DNA of 64,000 nt, from the IMG/VR virus record IMGVR_UViG_3300022555_000009, one strand, 5' to 3'. This DNA is from a virus. Under the pieces are notes generated by a model. The model did no database searches. It saw nothing but the letters and a program-made list of their open reading frames with translations, and was not told where the DNA came from. The translations under genes were made by a program, and so were the position numbers. This document shows positions 26,599 to 36,281 of this stretch, piece by piece (position 1 is the stretch's first letter; the number at the start of each line of letters is the position of its first letter).

Positions 26599-28461
26599 AT
26601 GGAGTTGAATGTAGCTGAGATGTTCGGTCCCGTGCTTCAGGGAGAAGGCAAGTCTCTCGGCGAGCCAGCTTTCTTTCTGAGGCTATCGAATTGTAATCTT
26701 ATGTCCATAGGGTATAATCGAGGAATTTCTCAGCCAAAGATATGGATGAATAAAGGTGGAGAGAAAAATATACAAGATGTAAAGCCTGATGATGTAATCT
26801 GGGCCACAAATGAAAACGGAAATCTCGTTGAAACAAAAGTTCTATCAGTATTCGAATACGACATCAAAGATAGAGTTGAGCTAATAGTCGAAGGGATAGA
26901 TCACCCTGTTTACTGCTCAGGGGAGCACCCCTGGCTAACAAATCAAGGGTGGAAGAGAGCTGACGAGCTTCTTAAAGACGATGAAATAATGCATTTTTCT
27001 AAGAAGCAGATTCAATCAGAAAGAATGAAAAAGTATAACCCTATTCATGATCCAGATACTATGAAAAGACATATTGAAAATACGAACTGGACAACTCAGG
27101 GAGAAAAAATTAAAGGTGATATTCAAAGAAGGAAAGCTGCAGACACTTATGTAGACGCCGTTACTTCCATGAGACGCAATAATCCAGAAAAGTATGCAGA
27201 GATGAATAAAAATACCTCAGTAAGAATGACAACTAATAATCCAATGTTTAATCAGGAAGTAGTTAAAAAAAGTAGAGGGACCCACCAGAATATAAATCAA
27301 TATTACCCCTTTATGTCCAAATCAGAGAAAGATTTTTCTAATATTGCTATGAAAATGGGGCTGCCAGTTAAGTATATTGGAAGATTTGATCTTCAGATTA
27401 AACACAAGAGTAAAACATACTACCCTGATTTTATAATTGAGGGGACAAATAGACTTCTGGAAATATACTACTCAAAAGGGAAATTATATTCTCACAGGAA
27501 TGAACAGTGGAAAAAAGAAAGGCTGGAGGCCTTCGAGGCTAATGGCTATTCCTGCACGTTTGTAAATTGTTCCGAGAGCAATATTAATGATATTAAAGAT
27601 TTAATATCCACCGAAATAAAAATGCAGAACGGGGTAAAGATTATATCTGTAACAAAAGTTAATCAATTTAAAACCCATTATGAGGGAGAAAAATCGTTAT
27701 CTAATTCCGATACCCAGTTCAATATTACCACTAAGCCGATGAGAGCAATTGATATTATGTGTTACCCTTATCATAATTTCATAGTTGATGGAATGGTTAC
27801 GCATAATTGCGGCGGTCATAACGGTGAGAAAGTTCGCGATGGGTCCGCTACTTGGTGGTGTGACTCTGAAAAGATTTGGCGAGAAAGTAAATCGTATACT
27901 CCTGGTGAAATTATTGAATATATTAAGGACGCGGGTGAGCTTGATAATATTAGATCTGGATCTACTCACTTAGTTATTACTGGCGGCGAGCCTCTCTTAC
28001 GCAGGAATATCGATCCGCTAAAACTACTTATTGAAATGCTGAGGTATGATAATCTCGCAGATCAGACATTCTATCCTTATATTGAGGTTGAGACGAACGG
28101 CACTTGCTCAACAGAAGACTTCTTGGATACGTATGTTGATCAGGTTAATTGTAGCCCTAAACTAGCTAATAGTGGTGTGCCTCGAGAGCAAAGAATTAAG
28201 CAGGATGCTATTGAGGAGATAAAGAATCATCTTAACTCTTGGTTCAAATTCGTTGTTAGCAAACCTGAAGATTGGAATGAGATCGAGAAAGATTTCTTGC
28301 CACTTATATTTAAGGATCAGATCATACTGATGCCTGCGGGAGCATCTCGCGAGGATCTTTTAGTTACGAGTCCTATTGTATGGGAGATGGCTTGCAAGCA
28401 TAACGTCAAGGCTACAACAAGACTGCAGACCATAACTTGGGATAAGAGAGTTGGCGTATGA
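26599..28461 (+). CDS. queE: 7-carboxy-7-deazaguanine synthase QueE (radical SAM), intein-containing
   Basis: EMFGPVLQGEG, FLRLSNCNL, ITGGEPL, EVETNG, CSPKL, FKFVV, LMP, RLQ. Confidence 0.88.
   Translation: MELNVAEMFGPVLQGEGKSLGEPAFFLRLSNCNLMSIGYNRGISQPKIWMNKGGEKNIQDVKPDDVIWATNENGNLVETKVLSVFEYDIKDRVELIVEGIDHPVYCSGEHPWLTNQGWKRADELLKDDEIMHFSKKQIQSERMKKYNPIHDPDTMKRHIENTNWTTQGEKIKGDIQRRKAADTYVDAVTSMRRNNPEKYAEMNKNTSVRMTTNNPMFNQEVVKKSRGTHQNINQYYPFMSKSEKDFSNIAMKMGLPVKYIGRFDLQIKHKSKTYYPDFIIEGTNRLLEIYYSKGKLYSHRNEQWKKERLEAFEANGYSCTFVNCSESNINDIKDLISTEIKMQNGVKIISVTKVNQFKTHYEGEKSLSNSDTQFNITTKPMRAIDIMCYPYHNFIVDGMVTHNCGGHNGEKVRDGSATWWCDSEKIWRESKSYTPGEIIEYIKDAGELDNIRSGSTHLVITGGEPLLRRNIDPLKLLIEMLRYDNLADQTFYPYIEVETNGTCSTEDFLDTYVDQVNCSPKLANSGVPREQRIKQDAIEEIKNHLNSWFKFVVSKPEDWNEIEKDFLPLIFKDQIILMPAGASREDLLVTSPIVWEMACKHNVKATTRLQTITWDKRVGV
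26704..27807 (+). mobile_element. Intein in QueE (368 aa, Ser1...His-Asn) with a Vsr/PD-(D/E)xK-like endonuclease
   Basis: Block B CSGEHPWLT; terminal HNFIVDGMVTHN/C; YYPDFII...LLEI; removal restores CNLM-C. Confidence 0.85.
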
Positions 28462-28856
28462 TATTGGACAACGTATTCGTATTACCTATCATTCGAAGAA
28501 ATTATCCCTCTTCCATAAAGGGAGAACTTTCACAAGAATTTCCTATTCAGGAGGACACTCGAGTTTTCTTGGGAGACTTTGCTTACGATAGAATGGAGAT
28601 TTCTGGAGGATGGTATCATTCTTTCCTGAAGGGATGGAAATGGGATCCCTGGCAACTAATCAATGTAAAAGGGAAAGTTTCTAGATATGAGTCTAAGGGA
28701 TTATTTAATCTAATACCAACTACTTTAACGTCCACAGAAATTATTGACACTTGTGATTCTATCGCCGACGAGCTCCCAGAGCCTATTCGTATTGCCTGGG
28801 AGCTTCGATGCGAAGTGTATAACAATGCACATCCGGAGATAAAGATAAATGAGTAA
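28458..28856 (+). CDS. Hypothetical protein
   Basis: ATGA overlap with queE. Confidence 0.5.
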   Translation: MILDNVFVLPIIRRNYPSSIKGELSQEFPIQEDTRVFLGDFAYDRMEISGGWYHSFLKGWKWDPWQLINVKGKVSRYESKGLFNLIPTTLTSTEIIDTCDSIADELPEPIRIAWELRCEVYNNAHPEIKINE

Positions 28857-29082
28857 AATGATGGGTTTCGAATGCGTTGTGCGCGGCTTACGTATCGAGA
28901 GGCTGATGAAGAGAACATCGTGGCCAGATAATATATACATTACTTTCAAAGATAAAGAAGTTCGTCAGTATGCTATTCAGGAAGATGGGCATGATATGCA
29001 TCAGCAATATATGGCATCTGGAGAAGATATATTAGCTACAGACTGGGAGATTTCTCCACGTGATCCTAGTTACAGAGGTTAA
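28849..29082 (+). CDS. DUF2829/Tad2-like putative anti-defence sponge protein
   Basis: MGFECVVRGL...MKRTSW...YMASGEDILATDWEI. Confidence 0.6.
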   Translation: MSKMMGFECVVRGLRIERLMKRTSWPDNIYITFKDKEVRQYAIQEDGHDMHQQYMASGEDILATDWEISPRDPSYRG

Positions 29083-29859
29083 ATGAAAGACTTCATACAA
29101 TGCAGAACATGCGCAAAAAAGCCTGGACCTAAAAATATGCCAGGCTTTTTTTACGTAGACTTAGAAAATGGACAGCAAGCCATAGCAGAGTGTTCTTGCC
29201 ACAAGAGATTTGTCAAGGAAGAACTTAATAGAATCAAAGCAAGTAAGGCTGGGCTTTGGTACTCTGATTATACTCCGGCGAATGATTATGTGGGAACTAA
29301 AAGTTTACAGAATGTAGAACACTTAGAAGAGTATATCAGATTTTTTAAATCTCCTGCCTACTCTAGTTCCATCATATATATGCACGGCCCCAATGGATCC
29401 CAAAAGACGACGTTAGCTCAGTGGGTCGGTTTGAGCCTTCTTCGTAAGGGATTTAAGGTCAAATATATTCTTATGCAGTATCTTGTATCGAAGTTAGCTA
29501 ACGAGAACTTTGAGACTGATGAAGAGGCTATTAAAGAACTCGAGGATCTGAAGAATGTAGATTGTCTCATTATAGACGAGGCCTTAGATAAAAATAAGGT
29601 GACCCTGTATAAGTCAGGATACCAGTTGCCCTTCTTGGAGTCTTTCATTAGAGATAGAGTAGATTATAGGAAAAAAGGCATTGTATTCGTTAGCAACGTA
29701 GCGCCTAGTGATATTGAGAGCCAAGGATTCGGCAAATCTATACAAGACTTTATAGTTAGGAACACTGTTCCCAAAGAAACAGATCTTTTATTTAAAGATG
29801 TGTATCATCAGGTTAAGTCCTCTTTTGATGTTGATAAGTTGTTTAAGGGGAATAAATGA
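29083..29859 (+). CDS. dnaC: DnaC/IstB-like helicase loader
   Basis: CRTC...CSC zinc motif, GPNGSQKT, LIIDE, FVSN; adjacent to dnaB. Confidence 0.75.
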   Translation: MKDFIQCRTCAKKPGPKNMPGFFYVDLENGQQAIAECSCHKRFVKEELNRIKASKAGLWYSDYTPANDYVGTKSLQNVEHLEEYIRFFKSPAYSSSIIYMHGPNGSQKTTLAQWVGLSLLRKGFKVKYILMQYLVSKLANENFETDEEAIKELEDLKNVDCLIIDEALDKNKVTLYKSGYQLPFLESFIRDRVDYRKKGIVFVSNVAPSDIESQGFGKSIQDFIVRNTVPKETDLLFKDVYHQVKSSFDVDKLFKGNK

Positions 29860-31247
29860 AAAGATCTAATCAAGACTTCATAGTACCGGCAGAATTTCAA
29901 GTACTGAAAATCCTTATTGACAACGAAGTCGATTGCCAGATTCTAAATGAGGGAATGTTTCCTCATGAGGAAGCTAAAGCTCTCTTTCAGTCAGTAATGA
30001 AATTGAAAGACAAGGGCGAGTCTATAACTGAAGGATCTTTACTACGAGAAGCTAACTTCCTCAACGACGATATCGACTTGCCTATGATCAAGAGTCTGAT
30101 GGATCATAAGGCCGACCTCTCTAATTGGTTTCCGGCTATAGAGACCTTGCGGAAAGCTAGTATTAAGTATCAGTTGAACTTAGCTTTCAATAAGTTAGCC
30201 GAGACGACTAGTTTACCGGACGACTTAGAGTCTACTGGTATAAGTAACTCTCTATACGAAGCTCAACAGGTTTTGTCTCGCGGTAGTAAAGCTACTGAGT
30301 CTAAGACTTTGGAAGAATGCTTAGACGATTATAAAGACGTTCTGGAAATGAGACGTTTAGGAAAGTACTATCCTTTCGGCGATCAGTTCCTTGATTCTCA
30401 TTTGACGAAGAAGGCAGCGCCCGGGCAAGTCATCATGGTTGCTGGTTCGACAGGCACAGGTAAATCAGCGTACGCTTTAAATATTCTAAATGGTATGATT
30501 AACTTAGGTCAGCCATGTATGTACTTCTCCTTGGAAATGGATACGGAGTCGACCTTCGATAGACTATTAGCAATGAGAACTAGCGTGCCTGTTGAAGGCT
30601 GGTATACATCTGGCAATCAAATAAATCCTCTTCTGCGAAAGCTTGAAGAGGAGCGAAAGCTCTTAGAGAATAAGCCGTTCAGGTTTATCGATGATCCCAA
30701 TGTCGATCTCGGTACTATACAATCTCTCATTCGAGAATTCAAGATGGTATATAGGGTCGATTACATTTTTGTCGTTATTGACTTGGTGACTATGGTGAAG
30801 GAATTCTCTATGATGACCGGACAAAAGTCTTTAGCGAATGCTATAGAATTCGCGGTTAATAGGCTGAATGCTATGGCCAAGACAGAGAACGTGTGTTTCA
30901 TGTGTGTGGCTCAGATGAATAGAGAGGCGGATAAAGAAAAGATAACTGAAATTGAAGATATTGATAAATTGAAGCCTACGCTAAACCATATCAAGAATAG
31001 TAATGCTATGGCAGAGCGAGCGAGAACAGTGCTATCTATATTTAGGGGCAAGTATTACGCGGACAGATATTTTCCAGATGACGAGGCAGTAGAGTATATG
31101 GACGATATCATGGAAGTATCTATTTTGAAGCAAAGCCAAGGAAGAGTTGGCTCTATAGGTAAGTATTTGTTCGAAGGTGAGTGTTTTCAATTGAAGCCTT
31201 ACATAGAAGCAGACCACATTGATACTAATTCTGTAGGCGAATACTGA
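29856..31247 (+). CDS. dnaB: DnaB-like replicative helicase
   Basis: AGSTGTGKS, YFSLEM, VVID, AQMNR, ILKQSQG. Confidence 0.9.
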   Translation: MKRSNQDFIVPAEFQVLKILIDNEVDCQILNEGMFPHEEAKALFQSVMKLKDKGESITEGSLLREANFLNDDIDLPMIKSLMDHKADLSNWFPAIETLRKASIKYQLNLAFNKLAETTSLPDDLESTGISNSLYEAQQVLSRGSKATESKTLEECLDDYKDVLEMRRLGKYYPFGDQFLDSHLTKKAAPGQVIMVAGSTGTGKSAYALNILNGMINLGQPCMYFSLEMDTESTFDRLLAMRTSVPVEGWYTSGNQINPLLRKLEEERKLLENKPFRFIDDPNVDLGTIQSLIREFKMVYRVDYIFVVIDLVTMVKEFSMMTGQKSLANAIEFAVNRLNAMAKTENVCFMCVAQMNREADKEKITEIEDIDKLKPTLNHIKNSNAMAERARTVLSIFRGKYYADRYFPDDEAVEYMDDIMEVSILKQSQGRVGSIGKYLFEGECFQLKPYIEADHIDTNSVGEY

Positions 31248-31316
31248 AAAAATCAGCAAAATAAGCGCCACCTAAGCGCTTCTTCGCCGTATATTATATA
31301 CGTACGAGGTGACAAG

Positions 31317-31811
31317 ATGCGGTGGTGGTTGTGGAAAGGATTCCCTTTCAGACGGTTCGAGTGCTGGCCAGGTCAGTACGCCGCTACCGAAGAGCGCTGG
31401 CCTGGTGAGATTGGCCGGTTTCCGGAAAGTCCTGCGGAAAAACAGGCCAGAATGGAAAGTCACACCTATCGTTGCGACGATGGAACAATTTACGTATACG
31501 GGGTGTACCAGGGTAGGTGGAAGCCAGCGGAAACCAAGAAAGAGGAGCCCAGGCCGTCATTTACCTATTCCTACAGCGAGAAACCTCGCCCCTCGGAATC
31601 TAAGATTCTAGCCCAGTACCGGGAGGATTACGCTAATCTCGGCCTATCTTACGGTGCGTCGTATAATCAGGCCCACGAGGCCTACAGGGCTCTCTTGAAG
31701 CGCTACCATCCCGATGTCAATCCTGGAAAGGGTTCTACGGAAATGACGCAAAAAATAAATACTTCCTGGAGGAATATAGAGAGGTACTTAAAAAGTTACC
31801 AAGCAGCCTGA
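31317..31811 (+). CDS. J-domain (DnaJ-like) protein
   Basis: AYRALLKRYHPDVN...TQKINTSW. Confidence 0.85.
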   Translation: MRWWLWKGFPFRRFECWPGQYAATEERWPGEIGRFPESPAEKQARMESHTYRCDDGTIYVYGVYQGRWKPAETKKEEPRPSFTYSYSEKPRPSESKILAQYREDYANLGLSYGASYNQAHEAYRALLKRYHPDVNPGKGSTEMTQKINTSWRNIERYLKSYQAA

Positions 31812-31830
31812 TCTGAATCTCAAATAACCC

Positions 31831-31864
31831 AATAGCCGGTTTGATCGACCGGCTATTATTTTTA
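31831..31864 (+). terminator. Intrinsic terminator
   Basis: AATAGCCGGT...ACCGGCTATT followed by a T run. Confidence 0.7.
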
Positions 31865-31882
31865 TGTTCGAAGGAGAATTTT

Positions 31883-32401
31883 ATGTTGAAAAAAGTAGCA
31901 ATTTTAAGTTATGTTTTTTTTGTTCTAGTCGCTAATGTTTATGCTGTGCCGCCCGGGTTTGATCCTCATCTTTTAGGATACATAGATTCTGTGTGTGCTA
32001 AGAATAAAATTCCCCCTGTTGTAGTCTATGCGATTATAGAGGTGGAATCCAAGTGGAATGCACGAGCATGTGGGCGAGGGACTGATTTCGGGTTGATGCA
32101 GTTGAATGTAAACTACATACCCGAGTTCATAGATAAATATGGAAACGCTGGTTACAAGTATAGCCCGAAAAGTGATCCGTATGATAATGTTGTGATAGGT
32201 ATCCGCCATTTAAGACGTCTGTTAGATTTATTTCAGGGAGATTACTTTAAAGCCATCATCGCTTATAACTGTGGATACTCAAGAGTCATAGAAAGTAAAA
32301 TCCCCTTATCTTCTATCGATTATCTCGAGAAAGTGCTGATGAACGTTTCTTTTACTGAGACTGAAATAAGAAATAAGAGCTCTTGGAGGAAATTCTACTA
32401 A
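31883..32401 (+). CDS. Lytic transglycosylase (SLT) with N-terminal signal/anchor
   Basis: IIEVES, GLMQLN, AYNCG. Confidence 0.88.
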   Translation: MLKKVAILSYVFFVLVANVYAVPPGFDPHLLGYIDSVCAKNKIPPVVVYAIIEVESKWNARACGRGTDFGLMQLNVNYIPEFIDKYGNAGYKYSPKSDPYDNVVIGIRHLRRLLDLFQGDYFKAIIAYNCGYSRVIESKIPLSSIDYLEKVLMNVSFTETEIRNKSSWRKFY

Positions 32402-32424
32402 TTAAGGATATTGAAGGATATCCT

Positions 32425-33171
32425 ATGGCCGTAACAGCTTTTGATAGATATGTTTCTGGTAGAGACCTACAAGACGCTTTAAAATATGCCCAGGTAACTC
32501 CTTTCGAGAAAGTCCTCGCGGATGCTCGAAATGGGGATATCCGGGCTATTAATTTTATATTTTACTCGAGCCGAAAACAAATAGCGGCAGCTTTCTGGAA
32601 GTATTTTATGGGCGGAAAGAAAGCTCCCCCTAAAAAGGCGATGCAGAGAATTAAAGCAGGACATGCTGACGTATTTGCGGCTGAGGTATACGGCATGCTA
32701 GCAGATCCGGAAGATTCTGCTAACCCCTTAAAAACATATGATAATTCTAAGTTCAAGAACGAGCCTGAGTACGAACAATTAAATAAACTCGGGTATTATA
32801 TTTATAGATATTGTCAGAATCTTGCTTTCAAAATGCTACGAGAAAATCCTGAAGAATACAGTTATGGTAATCCTAATGAAAAAGCTCTTCCTCAGGAACA
32901 GGTAGCCTCTTCCTTTGATCAGCACATAGAGAATGGTAATGACTTAGCTGATGCTAACGCAGACTTTGCTCAGGATGTTGAGATAAGTGATACAGAGCAA
33001 AGATTCCTTCTTCTTCTGCAAACCAAATATCCTAAGCTATACCCCGTTATTAAAATGAGAACAGAGGGGAAGAACACTCAGGATATTGCTGTTGTCCTTG
33101 GTAAGTCTGACTGGGTTATAAATAAGTACACTGCTTTAGCTAAAGAAGTATTCAAGGAATGGATGCAGTGA
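32425..33171 (+). CDS. Sigma-70/ECF-like RNA polymerase sigma factor
   Basis: ARNGDIRAINFIF region-2 start, YIYRYCQN...MLRE, C-terminal HTH EGKNTQDIAVVLGKS; ACTAATT at 32397. Confidence 0.65.
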   Translation: MAVTAFDRYVSGRDLQDALKYAQVTPFEKVLADARNGDIRAINFIFYSSRKQIAAAFWKYFMGGKKAPPKKAMQRIKAGHADVFAAEVYGMLADPEDSANPLKTYDNSKFKNEPEYEQLNKLGYYIYRYCQNLAFKMLRENPEEYSYGNPNEKALPQEQVASSFDQHIENGNDLADANADFAQDVEISDTEQRFLLLLQTKYPKLYPVIKMRTEGKNTQDIAVVLGKSDWVINKYTALAKEVFKEWMQ

Positions 33172-33701
33172 GAACATTCCAGGCCCGCCTAACTAGTCGC
33201 TTAAACTCTCTTCATAGGAAATTAGCGGATAACGCTATCTCTTGGATGGGAGTGTCTACTGATTGTATTCGCATTACTTTGAAGAAAGATAATGTGGGTG
33301 ATATAGTAAGTAGGACAGTAGATGGCTTGGATGTAGTCGAGGTCATATTCCCCAATATCATTGACGTACCTATGTGGCGGTTTATATCCTCTGATGGAAC
33401 AGTGGAGAAGCGCGCGACTGTTATTAATGATCCAGAGTCTCCTTTAGAACCTTTTGAATGTTACGCCCCCGCTACCTCTAAAATAGACCAAGATGATCTC
33501 CTCATTAAATTCTTTGATAATCCCGCTAATGAAAACCCCTTGGTGATTGTTCTACAGGTCAAGGATGTTTTGGGGTCTTTTGGTCAGCGATCTATTTTAT
33601 TTATGAAATTAAAAGCCACATACTACGATGGTAATTTACCTGAATTCATAGTTAATAGTGTATTAGATATGGCGACTAGAAGGGCTACCTTAAAGTGGTA
33701 G
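33159..33701 (+). CDS. Hypothetical protein, possible head-tail/neck protein
   Basis: 180-aa beta-rich ORF. Confidence 0.35.
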   Translation: MDAVRTFQARLTSRLNSLHRKLADNAISWMGVSTDCIRITLKKDNVGDIVSRTVDGLDVVEVIFPNIIDVPMWRFISSDGTVEKRATVINDPESPLEPFECYAPATSKIDQDDLLIKFFDNPANENPLVIVLQVKDVLGSFGQRSILFMKLKATYYDGNLPEFIVNSVLDMATRRATLKW

Positions 33702-33740
33702 CCTGTGCTCGAACTAATTGTATATTAGAAGGAATATGTT

Positions 33741-36281
33741 ATGCCAGAAAAATTTAAGAAGATGGTACGGGGTATAGAGAAGTCAGGTAAGCCTGAGGAT
33801 CAAGCTTATGCCATCGCAACGAGTGCCTGGGAGAAGTCTCATGGCGGCAAGACTCCAAAAGAATCTGTCAATGAATCTTATGATGTTCTTTCTACCAAAG
33901 TAGGCGATCGTTGGGAAGAGACTAAGGCCTCTCTTCTTGCCCTAGGCATGGCAGAAAGTGATCCTAAGTTTTACTCCACTTTGCTAAAGGAAGTGAAGAA
34001 GTCTTTGAAGGAAGATACCTTTAATTCTGACTTCGATCCGGACGCTTGTCAGCGCGAAGATGATCCTAAAACAGTGTCTGGAGAGGATATGACTCCGGGC
34101 GAGAGGACTTTCAACAATCCTGAAACATACACACAGTATGATCCTGATGATGAGAATACTTTAGATCCCGATTATATTCATAACGATACTGGCGACACAA
34201 CTCCCGAAGGCGCTGGCGATCCCAAGGTTAAAGAATCCGTGATTCGCGAAGCCGCAGATTCCCAAGAATGGGAGTGGAGAGGTCGCTCGACAGTGCGGAC
34301 TGCCGTGGCTTGGGCTGAGCTCGATGCCGCTAGAATTTTTCAATTTAGATTTGCCTTATCTCGATCAAAAGAATCTCATTGGTGGAAAGCCTGGGATCCT
34401 CTTGCTGCAAAGGGCGTAAATTCTATAGTATCTTTAAGTATAAAGAAAGTCGGTTCAGATTTGGTTAAGTCCGATAATCCTAAGCCTTACATAGTAGATA
34501 CTGTAGGCGAAGAAGATATTCCGGACTTGCTACCTGTGGCTAAAAAGATAGTCGCGGATTACTTGAAAGTATTTAATGCAAAAAAGTTATTTCAATACCT
34601 CTGCCTACGAGCTAACGGCACTGATAAGACCCGCATTAAGTTTTATGGCTTGCTGAGTGGCGAACTCAGTAGTTTAGGGCTAAAGAGAGACCTAGAGTCC
34701 GAGCAGAAATGCGAGAATCATATTAGAATTTATCAGCAGGCGGTTATGTTCCTTCTAGAAAATTCTAGTGGACCTAAGGAAAAACCCGTCACAGAACGCG
34801 TTGGAGACTCCTTGACAGGCAGAAATACTCCTTCTATTATAAATACGCATCCTGGAATAACAGGGCAGAACTTAGCTAAGGCTCCTGCGGAGAATCCCGA
34901 CTTTACTCACGAAAGACCTTCGGCTCAAGTGTACTCGCAAGAGATAGTGATGGTTAGGGAAGACGAGATGAATGTTGCTACTCCCAAGCAACAGAAAGAT
35001 ACTGGCAGATTCCGGGCTAAAGCTCAGGCCTTGGCTGACACGAAGGCTACTGGCAGGAACTTTAAGAAAATTATACAGGATAAAGAAGGACTTTTAGGAG
35101 GCCTAGGTAAAGTAGCCAATATGGTACACCCCACCTCAGGTCAAACAGAATCTACATTATCTTTTGCCGCGGTTGTACAAGAGATGATGGATAATGGTTA
35201 TGCTTTCAACGAGGCCGTTGCTTATACGTCTAAGCAGTATAAAATCCCTATGTCAGAAATTCTAGAAGACTGTGATGCAGTTGGTATGATTGATGAGGAA
35301 GTAACCTCTTCTTCCTTCGGGGGCCCAGGCGGCGGATTTTTGCCAGCAGACGCTAAGCACGATTGGAAGAAAGATTGGGCGGAGCATAAGGGCGGATCGA
35401 AGCAGATGGAGTCCACTGAGCTAGCAAATTGTCCTAACTGCAACATGGATACTGGAGTACAGGATTCCACGTATGGCGATTATACTTGCATTAATTGTGA
35501 CCATTCCTGGGGTCCTATCGGTACAAGTGACTCCAGGTCCGCTGGATTGTTATCTGACATAGACTGTGATGACAGCTCCAAGAATGCGATGGATGCTGCT
35601 GAGTCTTTTGAAAGACAAAAGGAAGGCATTGTTGGCCGTGAATTTAACTACCAGAGACCCACGGACGATAACGACGACATTGATTGGCCACAAGATGTGC
35701 GCGAGCCAATGTATAATATGGATCCCGAATTAGATACTGACTGGGATGAAGATATCGACCCCGAGGAACGACAAGAAGAACGCCCAGAAGTAGTTAGAGC
35801 TTTATGGAAAAACTTGGCAGATAATCTTACTACTCTGGGAGTAACTCAGGAGAGCCTTAACGGGCTTTCTATGACTATCCTAGCGAGAGCTTTGGATCTT
35901 TGTTATGGTGGAAGATACTGGGAAGCAGCTGATATTCTTGAGGCTTCCATAAGGTCTGATGAACCAAAGTTGGGTCGAGAAGATATGCCGATGCCTGGTT
36001 ACCGAGAATCCTATGATGATACTATGAAGGAATTGAAATCAGGACTTCTTTCATTTGAGAATCACCTGAAGAGATTAAAAGCACGAAGAGCAGATCCTCA
36101 GGAGATAAGAGAACGGGAGAAAGAGATAGAATATTTAAAGCAGGATATTAAAGATCAGGAAAAAGCCGGATCAGATTTAAACGAAGAGGTCGACGGCGCA
36201 GCTATGGAAACTGGCGGTAGCGGTGATGGTGGTCAAGACGGATACGACGTAGATGGAGAATCCTCAGGAGGGATTGTATAA
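33741..36281 (+). CDS. Acidic multidomain protein, putative internal head polyprotein
   Basis: ACTAATT at 33713; ChaB-like AYAIAT, CPNC...CINC zinc finger, many hydrophobic-x-Glu linkers. Confidence 0.5.
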   Translation: MPEKFKKMVRGIEKSGKPEDQAYAIATSAWEKSHGGKTPKESVNESYDVLSTKVGDRWEETKASLLALGMAESDPKFYSTLLKEVKKSLKEDTFNSDFDPDACQREDDPKTVSGEDMTPGERTFNNPETYTQYDPDDENTLDPDYIHNDTGDTTPEGAGDPKVKESVIREAADSQEWEWRGRSTVRTAVAWAELDAARIFQFRFALSRSKESHWWKAWDPLAAKGVNSIVSLSIKKVGSDLVKSDNPKPYIVDTVGEEDIPDLLPVAKKIVADYLKVFNAKKLFQYLCLRANGTDKTRIKFYGLLSGELSSLGLKRDLESEQKCENHIRIYQQAVMFLLENSSGPKEKPVTERVGDSLTGRNTPSIINTHPGITGQNLAKAPAENPDFTHERPSAQVYSQEIVMVREDEMNVATPKQQKDTGRFRAKAQALADTKATGRNFKKIIQDKEGLLGGLGKVANMVHPTSGQTESTLSFAAVVQEMMDNGYAFNEAVAYTSKQYKIPMSEILEDCDAVGMIDEEVTSSSFGGPGGGFLPADAKHDWKKDWAEHKGGSKQMESTELANCPNCNMDTGVQDSTYGDYTCINCDHSWGPIGTSDSRSAGLLSDIDCDDSSKNAMDAAESFERQKEGIVGREFNYQRPTDDNDDIDWPQDVREPMYNMDPELDTDWDEDIDPEERQEERPEVVRALWKNLADNLTTLGVTQESLNGLSMTILARALDLCYGGRYWEAADILEASIRSDEPKLGREDMPMPGYRESYDDTMKELKSGLLSFENHLKRLKARRADPQEIREREKEIEYLKQDIKDQEKAGSDLNEEVDGAAMETGGSGDGGQDGYDVDGESSGGIV

